A DNA stretch of 64,000 nucleotides from an uncultured Planctomycetota bacterium (GTDB lineage: Bacteria > Planctomycetota > Planctomycetia > Isosphaerales > Isosphaeraceae): positions 576,001-640,000 of the forward strand of contig CAWJTV010000034.1 of the NCBI GenBank assembly GCA_963845755.1. The letters are read 5' to 3'. A program made the translations under genes and the position numbers. Shown here one piece after another: positions 12,001 to 22,319 of the stretch. Numbering within the stretch: position 1 is the first letter of the stretch; each line of letters begins with the position of its first letter. The notes beneath the pieces are model-generated. The model was not told the origin of the DNA, ran no database searches, and saw only the letters and a list, made by a program, of their open reading frames with translations.

Positions 12001-12391
12001 CACTGGTGGCCGATCCGACGGCGTACGACGCCGTGCGGTCCGCGTCTTCGTCGTCGGTCGGGACGTGTGCCGACGGGACATGACCCAGCGTCGCCTCGAT
12101 CTCCGGGTCGCCGATCCGTGCCAGTCTCTCTCTTGTCGATCTGCCGGCCGAGACCGCGGCGAGGCTTTTCTCCACGTCGCCGCCATGGGTTTCCAGGTGA
12201 ACCGCAGCCAGCGCCTCCAGGAGCGCCCGCTTGGCGGGGGTGAGGTCGCCTCGGGCTTCCAGATGGTCGGCCAGGCTCCGGGACTTGTCGAGCGTCCAGG
12301 CCTGGAAGGCGGCCACAAGCTGGCCCTGGTTGATGATCCCGTTCTGCAGCGCGAGCAGTCCGAAGAGGAGATGGCGATCGGCGGCGATCAT
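9032..12391 (-). CDS. Hanks-type Ser/Thr protein kinase with TM and C-terminal TPR repeats
   Basis: ARGGLGAV, VALK, HRDIKPGN, DWGLAK, GTPAYMSPEQ, DVYSLG; then TPR repeats. Start at MIAADRHLLFG. Confidence 0.92.
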   Translation of the reverse strand: MIAADRHLLFGLLALQNGIINQGQLVAAFQAWTLDKSRSLADHLEARGDLTPAKRALLEALAAVHLETHGGDVEKSLAAVSAGRSTRERLARIGDPEIEATLGHVPSAHVPTDDEDADRTASYAVGSATSDGQRFRVLRPHARGGLGAVFVALDSELNREVALKQILEHHADDPSSRQRFLIEAEITGGLEHPGIVPVYGLGTYDGGRPYYAMRFIKGDSLKEAIEHFHADEALKGNPGRRSLELRKLLRRFTDVCNAIDYAHSRGVLHRDIKPGNIIVGKHGETLVVDWGLAKPLGRIEPGRDTGERTLMPSSASGSAETLPGSALGTPAYMSPEQACGELDRLGPRSDVYSLGATLYCLLTGRSPFEGDDIGEVLRKVQRGEFARPRQLDPSIDKALEAVCLEAMATKPEDRYASCRGLAEDLERWAADEPVTAWREPWSRRARRWARRHRTAVTSLAAAVLVALAGTGAVLAVQTRANGRLQQANSELARANIREKQRFDLAMEAIKLFHGEVGDDLVLKADQFKPLRDKLLKGAAEFYGKLEGLLKDQLDRASRVSMGNAYFELGDLTQKIGDQVAALETHQKGLAIRRELASVSAAEVEARFDVARSLYAVGILDLAMAKPPEALAHFEEARELIEGLPLSGPGSEDRRHWLGLVYTQLGALHRSTGKTADAMAAFRQALAIRQKLADENPNDIQFRTRLSNAHNNIGLVLADTVETAEALESYRRSLEIQQRLAEENPTVTDFRRNLANTQDNIGLLLSRIGKTAEALDIHRQALAIRRKLVDDNSAVTEFRSHLAHSHNEIGSLLRNAGKVDEALKSYREALAILQKLVDENPAVSPFQSSLAYSHELIGVYLMEIGKPAEALASLRRSLAIRRRLADENPTYLRFRRDMALNHLNMGILLLGSGEPVESLNELEQARAIYQKLADENPGLPYFQNALASGHTNTADVLRVLHRFGEARQGYEKAIAIREELVKANPALTMYRSHLAYSIRRLGLTRLASGDAAGAVADTRRAITLYEGLPSPTAEEWYELACCHAALAAASGRAQAGFSAAEGETEADMAMTLLHKAGAQGYRYTDAMKRESALDPLRDLPDFRLLMLDLVFPAEPFARGE

Positions 12392-12823
12392 GGCGAGGCT
12401 CCGCTCCAACACGTTGTCCCCAGCAGGCGCGAACACGGGAACGGTGCCCGATCGCTTGGGGAATGTCGCGACGGAGTTAGTATCGCAGGAACGAACGCCC
12501 CGGACAGCCCACGGCACACGCCCGCTCGAGGATTCGCCCCGTTTGAACGATTTTCGACAGGATCGGTTCGGGATGCTGATCGAGCGTCAAACTCGTGGAC
12601 TTTCCGACGCGACTCCAGGCTGACCGAGCTTGTTGCCGACGTCATATCCCGGGCGGCCAGGGTGAACGCGACCCGCCAAGGTCGCGGACTTTCGACCTGT
12701 GTATCTCTTCCGCTCAGACCAAGAAGCGAGTATGATCCTTGCCGGTATTCGGGCGCTCTGCATCGATTGGCTTACGGACATGGGACCAAGCGGGGCGCCG
12801 GTGCAATGCAACAGGAGGTTGCC

Positions 12824-13495
12824 ATGCTGGCATATCGTACCAAGCGGATGTTCTACGTCGTCGCCGGGCCCTTGATGTGGGCCAATGGTGCCATCTACCG
12901 CTCGGTCCGCTCCCCACGGCCGGGAACAGAGCTCGTCAAGGTACAGCTTGGGCCGGGCCAGAAGAATTATCTGCCCGGCTGGGTCAACGTCGACGCGAAC
13001 CTCTTCACCGGGAAGTGTGACGTCTGGGCCGATTTGCGAAACCCGCTCCCGTTTCGCGATGAGAGCGTGGATGTCTTCTACTCACACCACGTGATCGAGC
13101 ATCTGCCCGACCTGGCTTTCCATTTCTCCGAGCTGTTCCGCTGCCTCAAACCCGGGGGGATCTTCCGCGTGGGCGGCCCCAACGGCGACAACGCGATGCG
13201 AAAGTACCTGGAGGGGGACGCCGACTGGTTCATCGAGTTCCCGGACCGGCGGAGCAGCCTGGGAGGTCGATTCGAAAACTTCATCTTCTGCCGCCGAGAA
13301 CACCTGACGATCCTGACCTACTCCTGGCTTCAGGAGCTGGCCGCGGGTGTGGGTCTCGGGAACATCCGCGCCTGCCAGCCCGGCAGGGAGACGGATTATC
13401 CCGGACAGATCGATGCCGCCGTGCTGGCGTTGGAGCCCGAGACGACTCCCGAGTGCCCGCACACCCTGATCGTCGAGGGGCGGAAGCCCTCTTGA
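12824..13495 (+). CDS. Class I SAM-dependent methyltransferase (Methyltransf_11-like)
   Basis: VQLGPG..GWVNVD..DLRNPLPFRDESVDVFYSHHVIEHL..RCLKPGG; AGGAGG RBS before ATG at 12824. Confidence 0.8.
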   Translation: MLAYRTKRMFYVVAGPLMWANGAIYRSVRSPRPGTELVKVQLGPGQKNYLPGWVNVDANLFTGKCDVWADLRNPLPFRDESVDVFYSHHVIEHLPDLAFHFSELFRCLKPGGIFRVGGPNGDNAMRKYLEGDADWFIEFPDRRSSLGGRFENFIFCRREHLTILTYSWLQELAAGVGLGNIRACQPGRETDYPGQIDAAVLALEPETTPECPHTLIVEGRKPS

Positions 13496-13533
13496 CGGCG
13501 GAATGAGCGGGATTGATCCTTCCACTGCGCCCT

Positions 13534-16423
13534 TCAATCCGGTACGACCGCGTATTCGCGTCGTCCCTTGCGGACGACGATGCGAGGCGCGAGCACCTCG
13601 CGGGTGCGGCGAAGCAGCCAGTGGCCGCAGGGGACTAACAACGGCCGGACCAGGGTCGCATCGATGAGGATGCCGACCACCAGGGCGAACCCGAGCTGGC
13701 GGAGTGAGCCCAGTGGGCTGAACAGGAACGAGGCAAAGCTGGTGGCCGTGATCAACGCGGCTGAGCTGATCAGGCCGCCGGTCTGCCCGATCGCCCGGAC
13801 GATCCCGCGACGGAGTCCACGCCTCTGGGACTCCTCGTTCAGGCGGGTCATGAGGAAGACGTTGTAATCGACCCCGACGGCGACCAAGAGCACGAACAGG
13901 AAATACGGCACCTTCCAGTCGAGACCTTCCGCACCCAGAATCGTGACGAAGACCAGATGGGTTGTGCCCAGGGCAAAGAGGTACGTCAGCACCATGGTCG
14001 CTACAAGGTTGAAGCACGACAGCGGGTCGCGGAGGGCGACGAGCAGCACCAGGAACACGCCCACCGGGACGATGAACCAGCTCTGAACCTGGTCGGCGCG
14101 GGTCAGGTCGCGGATGTCCGCCGATTCGGCGTTGGCGCCGGCGACTCGCGCGGTGACCTGGATCCCCTCGTATTCACCCAGGAAGTCGTTGAGGCGGCGC
14201 CGGAGGGTCAGGACCTGGTTCATCGCGTCATTGGAGAAGATCCGGTCGGCCTGGGTCAGGTCGATCCGCGCGGTGGCCGTCGGGCGTGATGTAAGCGGCG
14301 AAGCTCTGGAGCAGCTCGGGATGCTCGTGTACGGTCTGGTCGTCGATGAGGAGTCGATCCAGCGCACGGCGGCCGACCGGATCGTTGAGGATCTCGGCGA
14401 CCTCCCGACGGGCGCGGCCGGCGCCCTCGGCGATCTGCGAGGCACCTTCAGCGGCCCGCGTCAATTCGCGCAGCAAGACCTCCTGAGGGCTCTCGATTCT
14501 CGGCGTGACCGCGGGTTTCGGCTTGATCTCACCGGCAAGGATTCCCGCCGCATTGCCCTTCGCCGGCGCAGGATTCGCACCTTCCACCGGAGCGGCCGGC
14601 GTGGGCTTCGAAGCCTTATCGGGTTTCTCCTTCGATCGGAGTATGGCCTGCGGGTTGAGGGCCTCGAAGGCGCGGCTCAGCGCCGGCAGATTCATGGCCG
14701 CCGGCATCCCCTGGCTCAATTGCATGACGGCCGATGCCTGGTTCAAGCCCGAGGCCAGCGTTTCGCCGGTGGCCTGGGCGCGGGCGACCGACGGGTCGGA
14801 CCGCGGCGTCGTGCCATCAAGGGGCTTTCCCGTCAGCGGTAGCCCGGTTGCCTCCTCCAGCCAGATGGCGGCTCGCAGCTTGGCCGCACCCTGGGTCAGC
14901 CCCTTGCCGAGTTGCTCGGCCCCCGCCTGGAGCAGGCGGAATCCGGCATTCACCTCACCGAGTCGAGAGCTCAGCCGGGCGCGCGAGAACGGCTGCGGGC
15001 TCCCCAACGGTTGCGTCGCGGAGCGCACCTCGTCGAGCCGGCGGTGGTGCGACAGCAACCGACTGATGTCGTCGATCAGCGCCAGGCCCTCCGAGTTGCG
15101 AAAATCGGCGTTCGACTCGAGCACGACCGTCAAGGGGGCCAGCATCCCCGGCTCGAACTTGGAGGCGACCAGCCGGAAATCCTCCACGGACTGCGTGCGT
15201 TTCGGCAGCTCGGTCATCAGGTCCTGGATAAACCCGGTCCGCAGCGCCAGCAGGGACAGCGGGAGCATCGCGAGGATCGTGAACAGCCAGCTCCGCAACG
15301 GCCGCGCCATCGCCGCGGCGCCGAGCCGATCCCAGAGTTCCGTCGAGGTGCCCGCCAGGCCGTCGAAGGCCCGCGGGTGAATCCGCGCCAGCAGGACCAG
15401 GAGCGCCGGCGTCAGGCTCAGCGTTGCCAGGAGCGCCAGGCCCAGCCCCATGGCCACGCTCGGCCCCGTGCTCGAGAACAGCTTGAACTTGGTCGTGCCC
15501 ATAAGGAGCAGGCCGATCATGATGGTCCCGGCGCTCGTGACCAGCGGCATGAACGATCGCGACAGCGTCGCCCGCATCGAGCCGACCGGGTTATTCCGGT
15601 TGAGATGCTCGGCGAACCGCCAGGAGAGGAACAGGCAGAAGTCGGTCCCGGTCCCGAATAGGATCGCGATCAGGAACAGCTCGACCAGCGACGAGACCTC
15701 CCAGCCGCCCCGGATCGTCCAGGCGAGCAATCCTCGCGCGATGATCACGCTGAGACCGATCGTCACCAGCGGCACGAGCGCCAGCCAGAACGATCGGTAG
15801 ACCAGCAGCAGGACGATCATCAGTAAGACGACCGTCGCCACGGCGGCCCGGTCGAGGGACGTCTTGACGTTGGCCATGTAGTCGCGCCCGATCACGGCGT
15901 CGCCCGTCCATCGGATCTCGAGCCCGGAGGGGACGCCGAGTTCCGCGGCGTGTGCCTGGTGCTTCATCCATGCGACCGCTTCGTGCGACGCCGGCGCGAC
16001 GAACGACGAGGCCAGCGATACGGCCACCAACATCAGCGTGCCATCGTGGCTGACCAGTCGCTGGGCGATCTCGGGGATCGCGCCCGGCCCGATCACGCGG
16101 AGGACTTCCCCCGGGCGGCCATCCGCCTCGAATCGCCGGGATAACCTCAGGGCGAACTGCTTGTCGGCATCCGTCAGCCCGGCCGGCCGGTGCAGCACCG
16201 CCACGACCAACGACTCATACGCCTGGTCGGGCCAGCATTGACGGACCAGCTCGGCCGCCCGGCGGCTCTCCGCGCCCGACGCCAGCATCCGCGCCTGACC
16301 CTCGGCCGCCAGACGTGTCAGATCGGGGGAGAACCAGGCAACGACCCCGGCCGCGATCAACCAGGCCGCGACGATCCAACCAGGCTTGCGGCAAACGATC
16401 GTCCCAATGACGTCCAGCGACAT
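13534..16423 (-). CDS. MMPL family RND-type transporter (frameshift near 14265)
   Basis: Two MMPL TM modules: ILFGTGTDFCLFL and VAVGVDYNVFLMTR..TGGLISSAALI..GILIDATLVRPLLVP. Confidence 0.88.
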
Positions 16424-16696
16424 CTCTCGACCACTCCGGGAGACCTGGGTCGCCTCGCCCCGGTTTGCCGTCTCCGGTTTTCCGTGTCCAGAATCGGAAG
16501 GTCTACTTGCTGAACGCGGAACACCGCGGCGAAGCGACGGTTTTCGCAATTTCCAGGGTTCAGGATCATCCGGGCAATCCGGAGATGTTCCGAGCAAGAG
16601 CTTGTCCAATATACAAACTTTTCATGCCCGAGATCAAGCAGAGTTGGTGTGCAGGCAGGCGGCACCGGTGCGTAAAAAATTCCGTTTGCACACATT

Positions 16697-16999
16697 TTAG
16701 CTCGCGGGCTTCGGGTCTGACTTCGTCTCGCCGGCCGGCGGGAACAACGCTCTGACCTCCTCGGACGGGCTGACGGGCACGATCTCGAACTCGACGAGAT
16801 CCCGCCATTGCAACACCCACCTTTGGAGGAGTATCGTGTCGTCGCATTCCATCAGTTGAAAGCACCGGTCGAAGTTGGCATCGACCCAGCTATCGACGTA
16901 ACGGAGGCCCGCCGGGAGGGCGCGGTCTTGTTCGCGAAGGCGGGCGTAGATCGGAGCCGGGTCGCGGTCCTTGAATCGCTCGATGACCATGAAAAGCAT
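16697..16999 (-). CDS. DUF3303 family protein
   Basis: FMVIERF...LPAGLRYVDSWV...RCFQLMECDD...WRDLVEFEIVPV pattern. Confidence 0.75.
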   Translation of the reverse strand: MLFMVIERFKDRDPAPIYARLREQDRALPAGLRYVDSWVDANFDRCFQLMECDDTILLQRWVLQWRDLVEFEIVPVSPSEEVRALFPPAGETKSDPKPAS

Positions 17000-17056
17000 C
17001 TGCGCTCCCAGGATTCCGGGGTGGTGTTCCTCGATCGGTGTCGCCGCTTTGGGAAG

Positions 17057-18429
17057 CTACGGCGCACCCGCGCCGCGATCGGAGCGGGAGGCTTCGGCCG
17101 CCGCCCGGTCCGCGCACCACGGATGATAATCATTGCAAAAATCGATCCGTTCGCCGATGCTCGGATGGCTGGCCCGGAAGACCTTGTAGAACAGGCCGGG
17201 GCGGGGGTTGCCCAGGTTCTCCGCTTGCATCTTGGCGAACGCCTGGGCGGAGGAATGGTTGGCCCGGGTTAGATCGAGGGAGTACTTGTCGGCCTCGTGC
17301 TCCTGGTGCCGACTGTAGGCCAGGGCGACCGGGCTCAAGATCAGTGACGCCACTTCGATCAGCATGAGGACCAGGGGCACCGAGGCGATGTCCGAGAGCC
17401 GATCGAAGCCAAGCCGTCGGGAGTACCGCGCGATCAGCCAGCTTCCCGCACGGTACACGAAATACAACCCGGCGAGAACCACCAGAGAGCCGAGCAGGAT
17501 CGACCGGACGACGTGGCCCAGCACATAGTGACCCATCTCGTGACCCATGACCGCGAGCACCTCGGGCTCGTCGAATTTGTTGAGCATCGTATCCCACAGC
17601 ACGATCCGTTTTGTGCCGAGGACACCCGTCACGTAGGCGTTGACGGCGTTGGTATCGACGCTCTTCTCGACCTCGAACACCCGGCTGCCGTTGATCCCCC
17701 GCGCTCGGCCAGCGCCAGGATCGACCGCTCCAGCGCCTGGTTCTTCATCGGCCCGAACTTGTTGAAAAGGGGATCGATCCAGATCGGCTCCACCATCATC
17801 GTCGCGAACAAGAATGGCACCGCGAGCAGACCGGTGTAGAGCCACCACCGCCGAGGGCTGCGCGCGATGAGCAGGTAGGGCACCCAGGAAAACGCGAACC
17901 CGACCGCCATCATCACGGCCAGCCCGATCACCTTGTCTCCGAACCATTTGCCCAGGGTCTGGTTCGACAGGCCGTAGGCATGCAGGCGCAGATACCCCTG
18001 ATAGAAAGACAGTGGCAGATTGACCAGGAAGACAACCGCCAGATAGAGAAGCACATAGAGGCCGACGCTGAGGAACCAGTTGCCTCCCAGGCGCTGCGCC
18101 AGGCTTCGCAGTCGCGCCGAGGCTCCCGAGAAGGCCAGGGTCCCGGTCAGAAGGATCGCCCAGACCACGTTGAAGACCCATAGCCAGTTACTCGTCCGAT
18201 AAAACTCCATCGCCTTCGCGCTGGGTTCGGGTACCGGGACGGGCTGCAGCTCGTCCGGCCTCGTCGGCGCGGAAACCCTCGCGGCGCCCGGCGATCCCGG
18301 GCTCTCGCGGTCGGACGACTCGGTTTGCCCGAGGCTCGGACAAGCCACGAAGACAAGTAGCGTACCGGCAAGGACGAATGCTTTTTGGAATCGGTTCATC
18401 AGTCTTGGGAAGATTGCGCGATTCTTCAT
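17057..18429 (-). CDS. Ste24/CAAX-protease-like M48 metallopeptidase (frameshift near 17700)
   Basis: N-part: TM helices, YGLSNQT, IDPLFNKF. C-part: NAYVTG..KRIVLWDTML..AVMGHEMGHY..SRHQEHEAD..SHPSIGERI. Confidence 0.85.
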
Positions 18430-18483
18430 CGTGATAGGGGATCCGGACTCTCGAATCCGGAATCGTCGCCCCACTCCATCCCC

Positions 18484-19917
18484 TTAGACAATCCGATGCG
18501 TCGGCCGCTCGCCTTCGTCGGGCTCGGGCTCCGACACGACCTCGAGGGGCGGCTTGTAGTAGAAGAAGGCGACCGCTAGCGCCAGGCCGAAGACCGCCGT
18601 GAGTCCCCAGCCCAGGTAAGCCATGTACTGGGTGCGGACGAGCTGAGTCTGGAGCTCCAGCGTGGCCTTGCCCAGATCGGACTCGCTCAAGGGCGCGAGC
18701 TGGTCGAGCCGATGCTGCCGCCGATCGTTCGATTCCTGGAGGCTGGCGATCTGCTCGCGGAGCTTGGGTGCCTCCTTCGCCTCGGACTCGTTTTTTTCGA
18801 GGTCCTTCTTCGCCGATGCGAGCTGGCCGTCGAGATCGATCAGACGCTTCTCGAGGTCCCTGGCCTGGCCGCCCAGCCGCTCGGTGATCGACCGCTGGAG
18901 CGTGACCTGTCGCTGGGCCTCGTCGCGTTCTCGGGCCGTCTTGTTGTAGCGATCGAGGAACTCTTCCGGCTTGTCGCTACCAACCTTCTGGACCAACGTA
19001 TCCATCGCCAGCCGCTGGTTTTCGCCGAGGTCCTGGACTGCGCGAGCCAGGGCCAGGAAGGACTCGTTCTGGTCCTGGATCCGCGTCTGGAGCTGGTAGA
19101 GCCACATGGCCAGGGCCACGGCCAGCACGCCCAGGAACGTGCCGAGCATGCCGAAGACCGCGGCGATCTGGACCTTCTCAGCCGGTGAGGTCACGGGAAA
19201 ATGTGCAGGTCGGGTGAGCATCTTGAGGAGCTCCGCCTCGAGGCGGGGTGAGATCATGCCACCCCCGCCGCCTTCGGGATTTGGTAGTTTTTCCAGGTCG
19301 TTGACCAGTCGCGCCAGGGCGATCCGCTCGCCGCGGTCGGCCGTCAGGAAATAGCCGCCGACCTGAACCAAGCCGCCGTCGCGCCACTGGAAGAACCCGC
19401 GCGACTGGTTGATCGGGTCGACCACGTAGGCCACCTGGAGCGGCTGGGCGAAAAAATTCTGGTGGATGAACAGGTCGTGGTGCGAGAGGAAGATGCCGAA
19501 GCTCGGGTGGGTGTGATACCAGCCGACGATATCGCAATCCGGGTGGAGCCGGTCGCGCTCGCGGGTGATCTCCTCCCAGGAATCGTGCGTATAAGTGAAG
19601 CTCGCCTGGGTGTTGGCGTAATGCTTGGCCTCGAGCGACTGGGTGACCCAGACGAACGGCAGACCCGTGGCCGAGTCGAGGCACTCCTTGCCCAGCAGGA
19701 TTCCGCCGAGCTCGACGGACGTATCGCTGAGTGCGTGGCGTTCGATGGCGTCGGCGGTCCGCCGGTCGAGGAAAATCGGCAGGTCGATCGGGCCCGGGAC
19801 CTCGTAGGCCAGGCATGTGATTTTCCGGTCCCGGTCGGGGCGTTGCCGGCGCTCCGGCTCGCGGACCTTCATCTCATCGAAGACGATGTCATCCCCGCTC
19901 AACGGCTGAGTCCCCAT
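18484..19917 (-). CDS. JAB/MPN+ (Mov34) metalloprotease, putative Ubl protease, with TM-coiled coil-TM C-terminal half
   Basis: VELGGILLG and IVGWYHTHPSFGIFLSHHD form the complete E..HxHx7SxxD motif; VAYVVDP; two hydrophobic helices flank a heptad-rich region. Confidence 0.9.
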   Translation of the reverse strand: MGTQPLSGDDIVFDEMKVREPERRQRPDRDRKITCLAYEVPGPIDLPIFLDRRTADAIERHALSDTSVELGGILLGKECLDSATGLPFVWVTQSLEAKHYANTQASFTYTHDSWEEITRERDRLHPDCDIVGWYHTHPSFGIFLSHHDLFIHQNFFAQPLQVAYVVDPINQSRGFFQWRDGGLVQVGGYFLTADRGERIALARLVNDLEKLPNPEGGGGGMISPRLEAELLKMLTRPAHFPVTSPAEKVQIAAVFGMLGTFLGVLAVALAMWLYQLQTRIQDQNESFLALARAVQDLGENQRLAMDTLVQKVGSDKPEEFLDRYNKTARERDEAQRQVTLQRSITERLGGQARDLEKRLIDLDGQLASAKKDLEKNESEAKEAPKLREQIASLQESNDRRQHRLDQLAPLSESDLGKATLELQTQLVRTQYMAYLGWGLTAVFGLALAVAFFYYKPPLEVVSEPEPDEGERPTHRIV

Positions 19918-21169
19918 GCCCGGTCCGATTCCCAACACCCCGGTCGCCGGCCAGAAGGAAGAACCCGGAGCTGGCTGGGCCGTCAACGCGCACGATATCG
20001 TAAGGCGGGATGCCGACGCGGGAAAGCGGTTCCTCCGCCAGGCGCGAGGAATCCTCCACCGTGCTGGCGAACTCCGGGAGGGCCGGCTTGCCACAGCTCG
20101 CGCACACGGCCTCGCTGGCGCGGACCTTGACCCGGGGCCTCATCACCCCACCACGCCAGGCGCACCGCGGACACTCGATCGCCACCACCAGCTCGCGGTC
20201 GAGGACCAGGTGCAGCGGACCGTCCAGGTGCTCCCCGGCCGCCTTCAGCAGTTCCGACACCGATGACTCATGTCCCAGCGCCAGCTCGACCGGCTCCGGA
20301 TAAGTCTCGTGGCTCAGGCAATCGTCGCGTCGCGGCAAGCGGGTGGAATAGAACTGGTTCGCCACGCCGTTGAAGACCAGGGCGCTGCCCGCCGCCACGG
20401 GGAGCCCGTGAAGCAGCTTCAACGCCTCCTGAACCTGGAGCGCGGCCATCATCGACGCGATCGTGGGCGCCGTCGGCACCTTGCCTCCCACGATCTCCTC
20501 GCGGCGAAGCAACGGACAGTTATAGCGAAGGTTCAGGAGTTGATAGTCGCGCTCCGTCATGGCGCATTCATAGCAGGCCGAATCGGGCGGGACGAAGACC
20601 TTGACGACCCCCTGGATCTCCTGGATGCCTGCGTCGATCCAGGGCGTACTCACCTTCCAGCACTGCCGGTTCACCCACAGCCGAGCTTCCCGGTTGTCCA
20701 GGCAGCCGATGACCAGGTCGACCTCCGCGAACAGGCCCAGGCCCACGTCGGTGATCACGTCGCCGTGAATCGGAATCAGCGTGATCTCGGGATTCAGCTC
20801 GCGCGTCCGCCGGGCGGCCACCTCCGCCTTGGACTGGCCGCCGTCCTCCGACCGGAACAAGACCGACCGCGACAGATTCGACGGCTCGACTTCATCCAGG
20901 TCGATCACGAAGATCGTACCCAGGCCCACCAGCGCCAGGTTCTTCAGGACCTCGTTGCCCAGGGCACCCGCGCCGACGACCAGCACCCGCGCATCACGCA
21001 GTCGCTCTTGCCGCCACCACGAGATCAATCGCAACCGGTTGTAGCGATCCAGGTCGTCGATGACCAGGGATTCCGGATCGGAATTCTTGCGATCGATGAG
21101 AACCTCCGGCGCGGTTGGCCGATCGGGCTCATTCGGCCCGTCGCGAAGCGTCTGAGGTGGTTCATCCAT
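19889..21169 (-). CDS. E1-like Ubl-activating enzyme (ThiF/UBA family) with catalytic Cys and C-terminal Zn-binding region
   Basis: VLVVGAGALGNE, DLDEVEPSNLSR, SKAEVAA, CLDNREAR, ACYEC, candidate catalytic RYNCPLL, then CPRC...CASC. Confidence 0.9.
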   Translation of the reverse strand: MDEPPQTLRDGPNEPDRPTAPEVLIDRKNSDPESLVIDDLDRYNRLRLISWWRQERLRDARVLVVGAGALGNEVLKNLALVGLGTIFVIDLDEVEPSNLSRSVLFRSEDGGQSKAEVAARRTRELNPEITLIPIHGDVITDVGLGLFAEVDLVIGCLDNREARLWVNRQCWKVSTPWIDAGIQEIQGVVKVFVPPDSACYECAMTERDYQLLNLRYNCPLLRREEIVGGKVPTAPTIASMMAALQVQEALKLLHGLPVAAGSALVFNGVANQFYSTRLPRRDDCLSHETYPEPVELALGHESSVSELLKAAGEHLDGPLHLVLDRELVVAIECPRCAWRGGVMRPRVKVRASEAVCASCGKPALPEFASTVEDSSRLAEEPLSRVGIPPYDIVRVDGPASSGFFLLAGDRGVGNRTGHGDSAVERG

Positions 21170-21188
21170 CGTTGCGATCCGCTTCCGC

Positions 21189-21248
21189 GTAGGGTGCGTG
21201 AAACCCACCAAGAAGTGGCCCGATCGGGGTGTGTTTTACCCACCCTAT
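21189..21248. repeat. GTAG-type REP doublet (hairpin) between the E2 and E1 genes
   Basis: GTAGGGTGCGTGAAACCCACC ... GGTGTGTTTTACCCACCCTAT form an imperfect inverted pair. Confidence 0.6.
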
Positions 21249-21295
21249 CAAGGGCCGGACGTCGTTCTCGGACCGTTCCTGCGCCGTGTTGGAAC

Positions 21296-22180
21296 TCAAT
21301 CGATAAAGACGATTTCGTCGCTCGGCGGTCGCGTCGCCTGGGGCGGTGGCTCCGGCTGCGACGCGGCGGCGGTCTCCACGATCAAGACTTCGTCCTCACG
21401 TCCGACATCACCACGAGACGGAGCGGAGGCGGCCTCGGCGGTCACCAGGGCTTGTAACTCGGGATTTGAGGGGAGGATCCTGTTGAGGAGGTCTTCGGCT
21501 TCCTCGCGACGACGCGTTGACGCCGGCTCATCGTTGGTGCCAAAGACCTTGCCGTATCGCGCGACGAACTTGCGTACCCGCTCGACCGGCCTGTTCGGTT
21601 CGGCGGCGGCCCGGGACGTCGTGGCCCCGGACGATCCGTTGCCTCGGGCCGAGGGTGCATCCGTCTTCCCGCCTGACGACTCTCCCAATCGCCCCAGCGC
21701 CGCCCGAAGATCCCGGAGTGAGCGTTGATCGGTCGGGAACAGGATCGCCGTCTGGTTGGCGACCCAAAGCGCGGCATCGCGGTTATACGGGCTCCGGATG
21801 TCGTAATTGTGGTAGCGCAGCATGTCCCAGAGCATGATGCACAGCTCATCGAGCTGGATACTGGGCACCCAGTGCGTTCCGTAGCCCCCCAGGCAAACCA
21901 TGCCGATTTCCGAGATATTCGGATGGTAGATTGGGGTCAGCCAGCGGAGCTCGGGCATCGTCCGGGGATAGGAGGAGCCCAACTTGACCTCAACATGGTG
22001 CTTCTCCAGGGACTTGATCTTGCCGTGGTCGCGCCATAACCCTCGACCCTGGAAAAGGATCCGATAATATTGCGGCGGTTCTCCCTGGGTGGTGAAGCGG
22101 AAGACCGAGCTCTCCGAGCGGAGCCGCTCCAGCGCCGCGAGGTCATTGCGGAGCCGTCGCATGCGAGGGGATTCGTACAT
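21296..22180 (-). CDS. E2 ubiquitin-conjugating (UBC) enzyme with disordered C-terminal tail
   Basis: RRLRNDL N-helix, YPRTMP, TPIYHPNI..GMVCL..W.PS..L: the canonical HPN motif and catalytic Cys of the UBC fold. Confidence 0.92.
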   Translation of the reverse strand: MYESPRMRRLRNDLAALERLRSESSVFRFTTQGEPPQYYRILFQGRGLWRDHGKIKSLEKHHVEVKLGSSYPRTMPELRWLTPIYHPNISEIGMVCLGGYGTHWVPSIQLDELCIMLWDMLRYHNYDIRSPYNRDAALWVANQTAILFPTDQRSLRDLRAALGRLGESSGGKTDAPSARGNGSSGATTSRAAAEPNRPVERVRKFVARYGKVFGTNDEPASTRRREEAEDLLNRILPSNPELQALVTAEAASAPSRGDVGREDEVLIVETAAASQPEPPPQATRPPSDEIVFID

Positions 22181-22319
22181 GATCGTGCGGCGCCCTGGAA
22201 AGGAGCGAGGGCCTATTGGTGCAAATGGTCCGGAGCTGCCGAGCGGAATGGTTCGTGATCGCGCAACGCCACGGTCGAGAAACCTCGCCCGGGCGCCGCG
22301 ATCTCCGTGAACCGCCCCC

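Noticed and set aside
11036..12823. 819-aa plus-strand ORF and other long antisense ORFs (e.g. 3783-5192, 6594-7940, 28652-30520)
   Set aside because: These are shadow ORFs of high-GC genes on the opposite strand; only 12824-13495 of the 819-aa ORF has motifs and an RBS.
19889..21169. ThiF/MoeB for thiamine or molybdopterin synthesis
   Set aside because: No thi or moa genes are nearby; it is flanked by an E2 and a JAB, and the Ubl lacks the ThiS/MoaD terminal GG.
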